Below are positions 8,261-17,253 of a stretch of 64,000 bases of DNA, one piece after another; positions within the stretch are counted from its first letter, which is position 1; the number at the start of each line of letters is the position of its first letter. Source of the stretch: an uncultured Spirochaetota bacterium (GTDB lineage Bacteria; Spirochaetota; Spirochaetia; SZUA-6; Fen-1364). Position numbers and translations under genes: made by a program. The notes beneath the pieces are model-generated. The model searched no databases and was not told the DNA's origin. It worked only from the letters and a program-made list of their open reading frames with translations. The stretch is taken from assembly GCA_963768665.1 (NCBI GenBank), contig CAVYIU010000007.1, forward strand, positions 391,308 to 455,307, in the 5' to 3' direction.

Positions 8261-9343
8261 ATGAAAATCGCGGGGAAGGTCTGGACCAGGCGCGAGCTGG
8301 AGCGAAGGGCAGGATCCGTGGCGCAGCTCGGGGGTGCCCGCTGGTGCGAGCTTGCCGACGGCCGCGGGCGCGGCATGAGGAGCATCGAGGTAGACGCCGG
8401 CTCGGGTCTTGCCTTCAGCGTCCTGCCTGACCGCGGCATGGATATCGGGCGCGCCTCCTGGCGCGGGATCCCGCTGGTCTTCTTCGACGGGAGCGCGGAG
8501 GCGCACCCCGCGTACTACGATCCGGCGGGCTCGGAATGGCTGCGCGGCTTCGCGGGAGGGCTGGTCACCACCTGCGGCCTGTCCTACTTCGGCGCACCGG
8601 GCCGTGACGGGCCCGACGAGCTCGGCCTGCACGGACGGATTGCCAACGTCCCTGCCGTGCGAGTCGCTGACCTCTCCGGCTGGGAAGGCGACGAGTTCGT
8701 GGTCCGGGTACGCGGGACGGTCGAGGAAGGGGTGCTCTCCGGAAGCCGGCTGCGCCTCGTGCGGACCGTCAGCATCACGCTGGGCGGGGCCGTGCTGCAC
8801 GTCGAGGACGAGGTGGAGAACGTCGGGCTCGTTCCCGCTCCCTTCGTGATCCTCTACCACGTCAACCCCGGCTTCCCGCTTCTCGATGCCTCGACGCGGC
8901 TCACTGTCGGGGCGCGGTCCTGCACCTCGTACGACGAGCACTCGGAGGCGGGTTTCGCGGAGCGTTTCGCTTTCGGGGAGCCGCGGGAGGGATGGAAGGA
9001 GCAGAACTACCTCCATCGCGTGGCGGCAGATGCGTCGGGCACGGCCCACGCCGTCCTGGCGAATCCGCTCCTCGGTGACGGCGTCGCGCTGACGGTCTCT
9101 TTCTCGGCCGGCACGCTCCCGTGGCTGTCGGAATGGAAGAACCTCGCGCCGCGCGACTACGTGATCGGCCTGGAGCCGTGCAACGCGCCCATCCGCAACC
9201 GCGCCGAGCTGCGCCGGCGGAGAGAGCTGCCCGAGCTTCAGCCCGGTGAGACGCGCCGCATGACGCTGGACATCGGGGCCATGGACGGTCGCGATGCCAT
9301 CGAGCAGCGAGTGAAGGAGATCGCGCGCCTCAACGAGCAGTAG
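8261..9343 (+). CDS. aldose-1-epimerase-like protein (DUF4432-type)
   Basis: 360 aa from ATG 8261. The motifs GMDIGRASWRGIPL, GGLVTTCGL, GLHGRIANVPA and GLEPCNA match my memory of the DUF4432 / galactose-mutarotase-like fold. Confidence 0.72.
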   Translation: MKIAGKVWTRRELERRAGSVAQLGGARWCELADGRGRGMRSIEVDAGSGLAFSVLPDRGMDIGRASWRGIPLVFFDGSAEAHPAYYDPAGSEWLRGFAGGLVTTCGLSYFGAPGRDGPDELGLHGRIANVPAVRVADLSGWEGDEFVVRVRGTVEEGVLSGSRLRLVRTVSITLGGAVLHVEDEVENVGLVPAPFVILYHVNPGFPLLDASTRLTVGARSCTSYDEHSEAGFAERFAFGEPREGWKEQNYLHRVAADASGTAHAVLANPLLGDGVALTVSFSAGTLPWLSEWKNLAPRDYVIGLEPCNAPIRNRAELRRRRELPELQPGETRRMTLDIGAMDGRDAIEQRVKEIARLNEQ

Positions 9344-10250
9344 CCCCCGCGTCGACCAGCGTCGCGGCGGACGCATTCTGCGCCACCTGCCGTGGATCCT
9401 TGCAGCCCGGGATGACCGCCGTAACGCCCGGGCTCTTGAGGCACCAGGCGAGAGCCCACGCGGCCATGGGCACGCCCGCGGGAACCTCCTCACGCTGGAT
9501 GCGCGCCGCTTCCCGGGCAAGGGACGCGATCTCCTCCGCCTTCCTGCCTGACCGGTGGTCGGTCGGGGCGAAGCGGGTATCTTCCCGGTACGTGCCGCCC
9601 AGGAATCCGCTGGCAAGCGGAACGCGGGCCAGGAAGCCCAGGTTGGCTTCCCGGGAGAATGGCAGGAGGGATTCCTCGGCCCACCGGTCCAGGCGGTTGT
9701 AAACGACCTGGAGGCATTCCGCACCAACGTCTTTCGCGCGCCGCGCCTGGTACAGGCGCGCCTCGGGACCGATGGCTCCGCCCACCGAGACGCCGAGGTG
9801 CCTGACCTTCCCGGCCTTCTTCTGCGCGGCGAGCATCGTCCAGAGCTCCTCGTTGTCGAACGCCTCGTTCGTGCCGGAGTGGAACTGGTAGAGGTCGATG
9901 GAGTCGATCCCGAGGGCGCGCAGGGAGTCCTCCATCTGCTTCCTCACGTCGGCCGTGCTCCACAGCTGCACGCGGGGCCCCCGGCCGGCAAACGCGTGCC
10001 CGAACTTCGTGGCGATGACCCACCGTTCGCGGTCCTTGCGGATGGCCGCACCCACGAGCTTCTCGGAGAGATGGTCACCGTAGCATTCCGCCGTGTCCAC
10101 GAGCGTTATGCCGGCGGCGCGCGCCGCGTCGAAGATGGCATCCACCTCCGCCGCCGCGAAGTCTTTTCCCCATTCGCCGCCCAGCTGCCACGTTCCCATC
10201 CCGATGACGGACACCGAGAGACCGGTTGCACCGAGTGTTCGATAGACCAT
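9330..10250 (-). CDS. aldo/keto reductase
   Basis: 306 aa with MVYRTLGATGLSVSVIGMGTWQLGG, DTAECYG and IPGCKDPRQV. This is a full-length AKR. Confidence 0.92.
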   Translation of the reverse strand: MVYRTLGATGLSVSVIGMGTWQLGGEWGKDFAAAEVDAIFDAARAAGITLVDTAECYGDHLSEKLVGAAIRKDRERWVIATKFGHAFAGRGPRVQLWSTADVRKQMEDSLRALGIDSIDLYQFHSGTNEAFDNEELWTMLAAQKKAGKVRHLGVSVGGAIGPEARLYQARRAKDVGAECLQVVYNRLDRWAEESLLPFSREANLGFLARVPLASGFLGGTYREDTRFAPTDHRSGRKAEEIASLAREAARIQREEVPAGVPMAAWALAWCLKSPGVTAVIPGCKDPRQVAQNASAATLVDAGATAR

Positions 10251-10301
10251 GGGACGAAGGTACTGGAGGAAGCGGCAAGAGTATATTGGTCCCGTGAGAG
10301 C

Positions 10302-10317
10302 TCACAGGATTGTGATT
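10302..10317. promoter_or_regulatory. imperfect copy of the MarR-associated palindrome, upstream of the AKR gene
   Basis: The minus strand reads ATCACAATCCTGTGAG. Its first 8 nt are identical to the perfect palindrome ATCACAATTGTGAT at 33194-33207. The second half-site (TGTGA) is displaced by a 2-nt central insertion. It lies about 55 nt upstream of ATG 10250. Confidence 0.3.
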
Positions 10318-10334
10318 GTACAAGCTGTTCGTGG

Positions 10335-13300
10335 TCAGCTTCGGGGAGGCACCGAAGCCTTGAACAGGACGGCGCGGGGCGCCCGCGCTGCCACGGAGTA
10401 GGGAACGCCCGCCGGCACGAGGGCGATCCCTCCCCGGGAAAGCGTGAGCGCCCGGCCCGCGGCGACGACGGCTGCCGATCCCTCCACCGCGATGAGGGTG
10501 TCCGCGCCGTGCTCCCTGCCGCCCGAGTAGGGCACCCCCTGGCTGACCTCGATGCGCTCCAGGGCGAACTCCTCGGCCGGCGTCTCGTACTCGCGGCCCG
10601 TTTCAGACCGGGCCCGCCCCTCGAGGATGGCAGGCTTCCCGTCGCTGAAGTCGAGCGTGGCGAGGAGCTCGTTCACGTCCACGTGCTTCGGCGTCAGGCC
10701 GCCGCGCAGCACGTTGTCCGAGTTGGCCATGAGCTCCACGTTGGCGCCTTCCAGGTACGCGTGGAGCGTTCCCGCGGGCTGGTACGTTCCCTGCCCGGGC
10801 TTCAGCCGCACGAGGTTCATGAGGTAGGCCGAAACGATGCCCCGGTCCCTGCCGCCGCCGGGCAGCGGGAAGGTCCGCGCCGCGCGCAGAGCCCAGAAGC
10901 CGGGCATGTCACGGGAAAGCGCGCCGCGCGCGTCTTCGGCTTCCAGCCGGGCGACGAGGGGGTCCAGGATGGCGTTCACGGCCTGCTGCGGCATCGTCAT
11001 CACGCGCGCGTAGAGCTCCTTGAGGAGGGCAGCGCGCGCAGCGGGACCCGCGGCCGCCCGTCTGCGCTGGTCGAAGTCGGGCATGCATGCCGCGAGCTCG
11101 GCCTCGGATCCCAGCACCTCGGAGATCTCCTCCAGCGGCCGGAAGCCGTGCAGCATCCAGAAGTCCGTGAGCACGACGTGGACCTCGGGCTTGTGGTTCT
11201 CGTCGCGGTAGCTGCGCTGCGCGGCGTCGAGGGGAATGCCGGCGGCGTTCTCCCTGGCGAATCCCTCCTCGGCCTGTGCCTTGGACGGGTGGGCCTGGAT
11301 GGACGCCATGACGCGAACGTCAAGGACCTTGAAGAGGTACGGCAGCCGCCCGGTGAACCGCAGGGCATCGTCGGAACCGAGGACGACCCAGGGGTCCGCC
11401 GCTATCAGGCGATCGAGAGAGATCCGCGCGCCGTCGATGTCGGCGGTGGCCGTCCCGCGCGGGTGGGTTCCCATCCACAGCTCGGCGAACGGCCGGCCTT
11501 CAGGGTTGGGGAGGCCGATGAGCGCCGGGATGAACTCGCGTCCGCCCCACTCGTAGTGCTGGACGGCCCCGGCGAGGGGGATGGCGCGCGGCAGCGCCCG
11601 GAAGGCGGCGATGGCCGTGCGCTCCGCCGCCTCGCGCTCGAGGCGCCGCACGGTGCCGTTCGCGGCAGACGCGGCGGCGACGATCGCGGCAGTGCGCTCG
11701 GCGGAGCCGGTGACGACGTAGACACGCATCTCGGGCGCGTTCCCCGACGGCCTGAGGTGCACCACGTCGCCGCCGGTGAAACCGACGCGCACGCCGTCAA
11801 GCCAGTCGATCCACTGCACCTCGTCGGAGCCGTCGGCAGGCGAAAAGATCCGCGCGATTCTTGCCCGCAGTCCCGCCGCCTCTTCCGCGGCAGGCATGGC
11901 GCCCGTGTCGGTCCGCTCCGCCCCGTCGAGGCCGACGAGCGTCACGCTGCCGGGGGCAAAAAGCGCGCTGCGCAGCGTCGCGTCCGACGGGGTGAGCCAT
12001 GCCATGATCTCGCGGGCCCGTGCCGTGGGAAAGTCGCGGACCACCACCGACGCCCCGAACCGGCGGGGAAGCGCGTCGACCAGCGCGGAGGTGCTGCGGC
12101 CGTTGCCCAGCGAGGCGCACAGAACGCAGAGGAGCGGCAGAACGGCGTCGCGGGTCGGCAGGGGGGCGAGCGTCCCGCCGCGCGGGACGGAAAGCGGCGC
12201 TCCGGTGAGGAAGCCGCCGTTGGCCTCCCAGCCCGCCGCCTTCAACGCGGCAACGACGTACGGTGAGCCGATGCGCGTTTTCTGGACGGTGATATCCCGC
12301 GTCTTCGCGTATGCATCGACCGCGTCGTTGACGTTGATGGGCACGGCCGCGTGGCGTGCGCCGAGGAACTCGGCGGCGAGGACGCCCAGCAGGTCACCCG
12401 GCACGAAGCGGAGCCTGCCCCTGTCCACCGCGAGGAAGAGCGGGCGGTCGCCGTCACCGTCCGTGGAGACCGCCGCGTCCACCGTTTCTCCCCCGGCAGC
12501 ATCCACGAGGCCCTGGATCAGGGCGAGCATACGGTCGTCCACGGCCTCCGTGTCCACCGCCACGAACTCGTCGGTGCGTCCTGCGGCGATCACCTCGGCG
12601 CCCAGCGCGGAGAGGATGCGGACGAGAATGTCGCGGCCGACTGCCGAGTGCTCCCAAACGAGGATACGCCGCCCGGCGAGAAAGCCGGCAGGGAATGCCG
12701 TGGTGAATCGACGCTCGTACTCCTCGCCGGCGCCCGCGCGCGCCGCGGGAAGGTCACGGCGCTGGTCGTCGCGGATCATGCCGGCAGCGTCGAAAATGCT
12801 CTCGTCCACGGGGCGCGTGTACTCGCGCTCCCGTGCCGCGCGCACGGCGGCGAGGATGGGGGCCTCGTCGTCCTTTCCGACTTCTCCCCGCGGGGTCGTG
12901 AGCTTCATGCCGTTGCGGTCGAAAGGGATGTGGCTCCCCGTCACCATGATGGAAGGTGCCTTGTGGCCGAGCGCGTGGAGGACCAGGGCCGGGGTGGGAA
13001 TGGTGCCAAGGTACACGGGGGAAAGGCCGGCGTCCTCCACGGCGCGCACGGCGGCCTGGAGCAGCTCGCCGCGCACGGCGGGGGTGGCCACGAGGGACGC
13101 GGTGCTGGGCCGCAGATCACCGGCCAGGAAGACCTCGCCCCCCGCGGCGATGTCACCCCGGTCACGGAGCCATGCCAGGAAGCCGCGGACATTGGAGAAA
13201 CACTCCAGGCTCGTCATGTCGCTGACCAGGCCGCGCAGGCCGCTCGTGCCGAAGGTGAGCTCGACGGGTTCGTAGGAGAGCGACTCGCGGAGGGTGATGA

Positions 13301-13361
13301 TGGCAGGTTTCTTCTTTTTCACGGCGCTTCCAGTGTACAGTAATTGCCGGCGTGATGCCAC
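10335..13361 (-). CDS. bifunctional fusion: alpha-D-phosphohexomutase (phosphomannomutase/phosphoglucomutase) plus class I mannose-6-phosphate isomerase
   Basis: The N-terminal half has TFGTSGLRG, the active-site loop VTGSHIPFDRNG, the metal loop STDGDGDRP and the phosphate loop RPSGNAPE. The C-terminal half has HYEWGG, ELWMGTHP, SIQAHP and YRDENHKPE. The start may instead be GTG 13322, because ATG 13361 would overlap the divergent gene's 5' end. Confidence 0.88.
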   Translation of the reverse strand: MASRRQLLYTGSAVKKKKPAIITLRESLSYEPVELTFGTSGLRGLVSDMTSLECFSNVRGFLAWLRDRGDIAAGGEVFLAGDLRPSTASLVATPAVRGELLQAAVRAVEDAGLSPVYLGTIPTPALVLHALGHKAPSIMVTGSHIPFDRNGMKLTTPRGEVGKDDEAPILAAVRAAREREYTRPVDESIFDAAGMIRDDQRRDLPAARAGAGEEYERRFTTAFPAGFLAGRRILVWEHSAVGRDILVRILSALGAEVIAAGRTDEFVAVDTEAVDDRMLALIQGLVDAAGGETVDAAVSTDGDGDRPLFLAVDRGRLRFVPGDLLGVLAAEFLGARHAAVPINVNDAVDAYAKTRDITVQKTRIGSPYVVAALKAAGWEANGGFLTGAPLSVPRGGTLAPLPTRDAVLPLLCVLCASLGNGRSTSALVDALPRRFGASVVVRDFPTARAREIMAWLTPSDATLRSALFAPGSVTLVGLDGAERTDTGAMPAAEEAAGLRARIARIFSPADGSDEVQWIDWLDGVRVGFTGGDVVHLRPSGNAPEMRVYVVTGSAERTAAIVAAASAANGTVRRLEREAAERTAIAAFRALPRAIPLAGAVQHYEWGGREFIPALIGLPNPEGRPFAELWMGTHPRGTATADIDGARISLDRLIAADPWVVLGSDDALRFTGRLPYLFKVLDVRVMASIQAHPSKAQAEEGFARENAAGIPLDAAQRSYRDENHKPEVHVVLTDFWMLHGFRPLEEISEVLGSEAELAACMPDFDQRRRAAAGPAARAALLKELYARVMTMPQQAVNAILDPLVARLEAEDARGALSRDMPGFWALRAARTFPLPGGGRDRGIVSAYLMNLVRLKPGQGTYQPAGTLHAYLEGANVELMANSDNVLRGGLTPKHVDVNELLATLDFSDGKPAILEGRARSETGREYETPAEEFALERIEVSQGVPYSGGREHGADTLIAVEGSAAVVAAGRALTLSRGGIALVPAGVPYSVAARAPRAVLFKASVPPRS

Positions 13362-14155
13362 GCTCGAGGAGGCTTGCAGCGTTGATTCGCGAGTCGCATT
13401 TCGGAGACCTGGGCGTCTTCACGGCGGATTCCACGGACGAGATGGCCGGCCGCGCCGCGGAGGATTTCGCGGCGCACGCGGCGCGCCTCCTGCGGGACCT
13501 GCCGGAAATCAATGTCGTGTTTGCCGGCGCGGAGTCGCAGGGCGCATTTCATGCCGCGCTGCGTACGCGGCGGACGATCTCCTGGCCGCGCATCAACGCC
13601 TTTTCCGTCGACGAGTTCATCGCGCCGGGAATGCCGCCGGAGAACGCGGTGAGCGCCCAGCCGCGGCGGGACCTGTACCGGCACGTTCCCCTGAAAAGCA
13701 TCAACGTCATCGACTTCGACGCGGCCGATCCCGAGGCGGAGTGCGCCCGCTACGAAGCGCTGCTCGCCGGGCATCGCCCCCACATCTGCTGCATTGGCAT
13801 CGGCATGTCCGGGCACATCGCCCTGAACGAGCCGGGGGAGACCGATTTCCGCGACCCGAGGGTCGTGCGGATCGTCAAGGTCTGCGAGCAGAGCAGGCGC
13901 CAGCTCGCGCAGGATCCCAACTTCCGGGCGCTTCCCGCTATCCCCGAGCGCGGAATCACCATCACCATTCCTTTCCTTCTTTCCGCGGCCCACGTCCTCG
14001 TCGTCGTGCCCTCTGCGCTGAAGGCACCCATCATCGGGCGACTCAGGGACGCGCCCGTCACTCCCGATCTCCCCGCGTCCGTCCTCAAGGAGCAGCGCAA
14101 CGCATGGCTCTACCTCGACGCCGGCTCGGCCGGTCTCTTTCCGCAGGGCACCTAG
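13352..14155 (+). CDS. glucosamine-6-phosphate deaminase / 6-phosphogluconolactonase family protein
   Basis: NVVFAGAESQ, VDEF and IGIGMSGHIALNEPG are typical of the NagB/Pgl fold. A TTG at 13382, preceded by GGAGG, is an alternative and perhaps better start. Confidence 0.8.
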   Translation: MMPRSRRLAALIRESHFGDLGVFTADSTDEMAGRAAEDFAAHAARLLRDLPEINVVFAGAESQGAFHAALRTRRTISWPRINAFSVDEFIAPGMPPENAVSAQPRRDLYRHVPLKSINVIDFDAADPEAECARYEALLAGHRPHICCIGIGMSGHIALNEPGETDFRDPRVVRIVKVCEQSRRQLAQDPNFRALPAIPERGITITIPFLLSAAHVLVVVPSALKAPIIGRLRDAPVTPDLPASVLKEQRNAWLYLDAGSAGLFPQGT

Positions 14156-14157
14156 AC

Positions 14158-15007
14158 ATGCTCCGCATCGGCACGTGCAGCTGGAAGTACCCGTCGTGGG
14201 AAGGGCTGGTCTACTCGCGGAGCGCCGGTATCGACTACCTGGCCGAGTACGCTCGGCGGTATAACACGGTCGAAGTGGACCAGTGGTTCTGGGCGCTGCC
14301 CGGATCCTGCCACGGCCGCGCAGTACGCCTCGGTGGTTCCCGATGACTTCCGATTTACCGTGAAGCTGCCGAACACTCTCTCACTGACCCACTTCTACAG
14401 GAAGCGGGGCGAGACGACCCTGCGGCCCAACCCGCAGTTCCTCTCCGTTGCGCACTACGAGGAGGTCCTCGAGCGCCTGGCGCCCCTGCACGGGAAGATC
14501 GGCGTGCTCATGCTCCAGTTCGAGTACCTCAACGGCGAGAAGATGAGCTCGCCGGCGGCCTTTCTCGACGCGCTGGGGGCCTTCGCGGCCGCGGCGCCGC
14601 GCACCCTCCCCCTGGCCATCGAGCTGCGCAATCCCCGCTGGATCGACCAGCGCTACGCGCGATTTCTCCAGGAGGCCGGCCTCTTCCACGTGTTCCTCGA
14701 AGGCTACTTCATGTCACCCGTGCCGGAGAGCTGGGAGCGCATCGGCAGCCTCGTGCAGGGCGCAGCGGTGGTGCGGCTGCACGGGCCTGACAGGGGCGGC
14801 ATGGAGAAGATCACCTGCGGGATATGGAACAGGATCGTTGCGCCCAAGGACGATCTCCTCGATCGCATAGCGGCCATGATCAACGACATGACGGACAGGA
14901 GCCTGACGGTTTACCTGAACATCAACAACCACTTCGAGGGGAGCGCGCCGCTCACGATCGAGCGCCTGCGCGAGAAGGGACTGCGGACGGGGCCGGGAGG
15001 AGCGTAG
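14158..15007 (+). pseudogene. DUF72 (UPF0759) family protein, split by one frameshift
   Basis: MLRIGTCSWKYPSWEGLVYS...YNTVEVDQWFWALP is in one frame. DPATAAQYASVVPDDFRFTVKLP... continues in the +1 frame. One extra C in CTGCCCGGA (about 14299-14301) accounts for the shift. Confidence 0.8.
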
Positions 15008-15027
15008 CAGGCGGCCGGGCGTGCCGG

Positions 15028-15762
15028 CTACCGGAGCCGTCCCAGCTCCGGCGTTCCCTTCAGCGCCGGGTTGGCCGCGGCATACACGAGGGCCGATTTT
15101 CCTTCGCTCGACAGCAGCGACTTGTCCGCGCCGGCGTCCAGGAGGGCTGCAACAACCTTCGGGTTCGCGCTGAACCGGGCGGCAAACATCAGGGCTGTCC
15201 AGCCATCATAGTCCTTCTCGTTCACGCCCGCCCCGGCCTTGAGGAGGAGGGAAGTCACCCGGGGATTTTCGTTGAGCTGGGCAGCGAGCATCAGCGCGGT
15301 TGCCCCGGCGGCTGATCGATCCCCCACCCGGGCGCCGGCCGCGAGCAGCACGGAGAGCACCGCGGGGTTCGTGTTCGACGATGCGGCACCCATGAGCGGC
15401 GTCTCGCCTTGCGTGTCGTGCGCGTTGACGTCGGCGCCGGCCTGGAGGAGGGCGGCGGCAACGTCGGGCCGGGCGTTGTAGCGGGCGGCGATGAGCAGGG
15501 GAGTCCAGCCGTGCTTGTCCCGGTCCGCCAGCCGGGCGCCGGCCTTCAGGAGCAGCGTGATCACCTCGGGGCTCATCGTCATCTGCGCCGCGCGCATGAG
15601 GGCGCTTTCACCGGACGGGTCGCGCGCGTTCACGTCCGCCACCGTGTCGAGCGCCTGCCGCACCTCGGCGGGCGTTCCCCCCGCGGCCGTGTCGAAGAAT
15701 GACTGGGAGAAGAGGGGGGCAGCGAGTGCCAGGAGAAGCAGAGGAACAAGGACCCTTTTGAT
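15028..15762 (-). CDS. secreted ankyrin-repeat protein (about 6 ANK repeats)
   Basis: Repeats of the type G.TPLM.AA....P.VV..LL.AGADVNA. The track ORF starts at GTG 15663. However, the frame upstream encodes a Sec signal (KRVLVPLLLLALAAPLFSQS) directly after GAAGGAGG-cgac-ATC, so initiation at ATC 15762 is proposed. Confidence 0.8.
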   Translation of the reverse strand: MKRVLVPLLLLALAAPLFSQSFFDTAAGGTPAEVRQALDTVADVNARDPSGESALMRAAQMTMSPEVITLLLKAGARLADRDKHGWTPLLIAARYNARPDVAAALLQAGADVNAHDTQGETPLMGAASSNTNPAVLSVLLAAGARVGDRSAAGATALMLAAQLNENPRVTSLLLKAGAGVNEKDYDGWTALMFAARFSANPKVVAALLDAGADKSLLSSEGKSALVYAAANPALKGTPELGRLR

Positions 15763-15803
15763 GTCGCCTCCTTCGAAGCGCCTCGACTTTCGTTCCTGCG
15801 TGA

Positions 15804-15833
15804 ATTATAAGCACGAAGTGGTTGACCAATCAA
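15804..15833 (-). promoter_or_regulatory. sigma70-like promoter for the ankyrin gene
   Basis: On the minus strand: TTGATT (15833-15828), an 18-nt spacer, then TATAAT (15809-15804), about 40 nt upstream of the GAAGGAGG RBS. Confidence 0.5.
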
Positions 15834-15902
15834 TGAGAAACCGCAGCGACCGGCTCACACGGGCTCCTTGTTCGGCCGCGTGATTCCCATTATGTTCTTT
15901 TC

Positions 15903-16769
15903 GTGGAAACCCTCGTCCTCGTGTTCCAGTCGGCTGTCCTCGGGCTCGTGCAGGGGCTGACCGAGTTCATTCCCATCTCCAGCTCGGCCCACCTGGTGAT
16001 TGTCCCCTGGCTCTTCGGCTGGACGGACCCGGCCCTCGCGGGTCTCACCTTCGACGTGGCGCTGCACCTGGGCACCCTCGCATCGCTCATCGTCTACTTT
16101 GCCTCCGACTGGGTGCGCCTGATCGGCGCCTGGTTCCGGAGCGTCGTACGGCTGCGCATCGACGACGCGCCGGACACGCGCATGGCGTGGTATCTCCTGC
16201 TGGGCTGCATCCCGGGCGCGATCGTCGGCGTGCTGTTCGAGGGGGACGTCACGGCGTCTTTCCATGTCGAGCCCATCCCGCGCCTGTCGATGATCCTGAT
16301 GGCGGTGGCGATCGCGGTCCTTGGCGCCCTGCTTCTCCTGGCGGATCGGCTGGGGAAGCAGAAGAGGCCGTTCACGAACATCAAGGCCCTGGACGCCGCT
16401 CTCATCGGGCTGGCACAAGCCCTGGCGATATTCCCTGGTGTTTCGCGCTCCGGCGCAACCATCACCGCGGGCCTGGCGCTGGGTCTCGAGCGACCCGCAG
16501 CGGCACGGTTTTCCTTCCTGCTTTCCGCCCCGATCATCGCAGGGGCAGGTCTCAAGAGCCTCTACGAGCTCGTCAGCGGCGCCAGCTCAGGCGCAATCCC
16601 CCGCTCGGAGCTCATCATTTTCCCGGTGGGCTTCGTGGTGGCCGCGGTGTCGGGCTTTCTCTGCATCAAGCTGCTGCTCGCCTTCCTGCAGAGTCACTCC
16701 ACGCGCGCGTTCGTCTTCTACCGGTGGGGGCTCGCAGCCCTCGTCCTGGTCGTGGCCCTGGTACGGTAG
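15903..16769 (+). CDS. uppP: undecaprenyl-diphosphate phosphatase
   Basis: 288 aa. LGLVQGLTEFIPISSSAHL and PGVSRSGATI are the BacA/UppP signature motifs. GTG start. Confidence 0.93.
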   Translation: METLVLVFQSAVLGLVQGLTEFIPISSSAHLVIVPWLFGWTDPALAGLTFDVALHLGTLASLIVYFASDWVRLIGAWFRSVVRLRIDDAPDTRMAWYLLLGCIPGAIVGVLFEGDVTASFHVEPIPRLSMILMAVAIAVLGALLLLADRLGKQKRPFTNIKALDAALIGLAQALAIFPGVSRSGATITAGLALGLERPAAARFSFLLSAPIIAGAGLKSLYELVSGASSGAIPRSELIIFPVGFVVAAVSGFLCIKLLLAFLQSHSTRAFVFYRWGLAALVLVVALVR

Positions 16770-16775
16770 TCCAGC

Positions 16776-16829
16776 GGCCCGTACCCGGGCTCGCGGGCGG
16801 CCCGTACCCGGGCTCGCGGGCGGCCCGTG
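16776..16829. repeat. 23-bp tandem repeat, 2.3 copies
   Basis: GGCCCGTACCCGGGCTCGCGGGC occurs twice, exactly (16776-16798 and 16799-16821), followed by the partial copy GGCCCGTG. The array starts 7 nt after the uppP stop. Confidence 0.92.
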
Positions 16830-16875
16830 AGGGCGCCGGCTTTAGGGGCGCTCGCAGCGCCTCCCCTCTGTAGCC

Positions 16876-17097
16876 CTATTTCGCCGTGGACCCTGTTGAA
16901 GGCCGTCCCTGGGAGCGCATGGATATGATGCCGAACAGGAGCAGGATCACGAAGATGCCTGCGAACAGGAGGCCGTGCTTCGTGCGCGGTTCCGTTGCCA
17001 CGACACCACCTATCCAGTAGAGGGCAGCAAACACGGCAGAAACGAGCGACAGGACGATGGAAGCAATGCCGGCGACTCTGGCAGCGGTGCGATTCAT
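16876..17097 (-). CDS. small membrane protein (73 aa)
   Basis: MNRTAARVAGIASIVLSLVSAVFAALYWIGG...GLLFAGIFVILLLFGIISM has two TM helices. ATG 17097 is preceded by GAGGAGAACCGA. Confidence 0.5.
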   Translation of the reverse strand: MNRTAARVAGIASIVLSLVSAVFAALYWIGGVVATEPRTKHGLLFAGIFVILLLFGIISMRSQGRPSTGSTAK

Positions 17098-17253
17098 TCG
17101 GTTCTCCTCGGTTTCGGACTCTACCACGGCGAGGCCGCTCGGTGCGAGTGCAGGAAATGCACGGGCGTGAGGTGCCAGCGAACGGGAGTTGAAGCCCTGC
17201 TGGGGCGCGGGAAGGCGGGAGACAGGAAGGTAGCGAAAACCGCAACCCTCCGT

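Noticed and set aside
9555-12266. 903-aa plus-strand ORF, the third longest in the track
   Set aside because: It is antisense to the well-supported PMM/PMI gene. It is rich in Arg, Gly, Pro and His and has no motifs. This is the classic shadow ORF of a high-GC gene.
16718-17253. 190-aa C-terminal extension of the beta-lactamase-family ORF
   Set aside because: It runs across an independent small membrane-protein gene in another frame. The family's canonical C-terminus (..LAYQALVD*) is found in the +1 frame ending at 17254.
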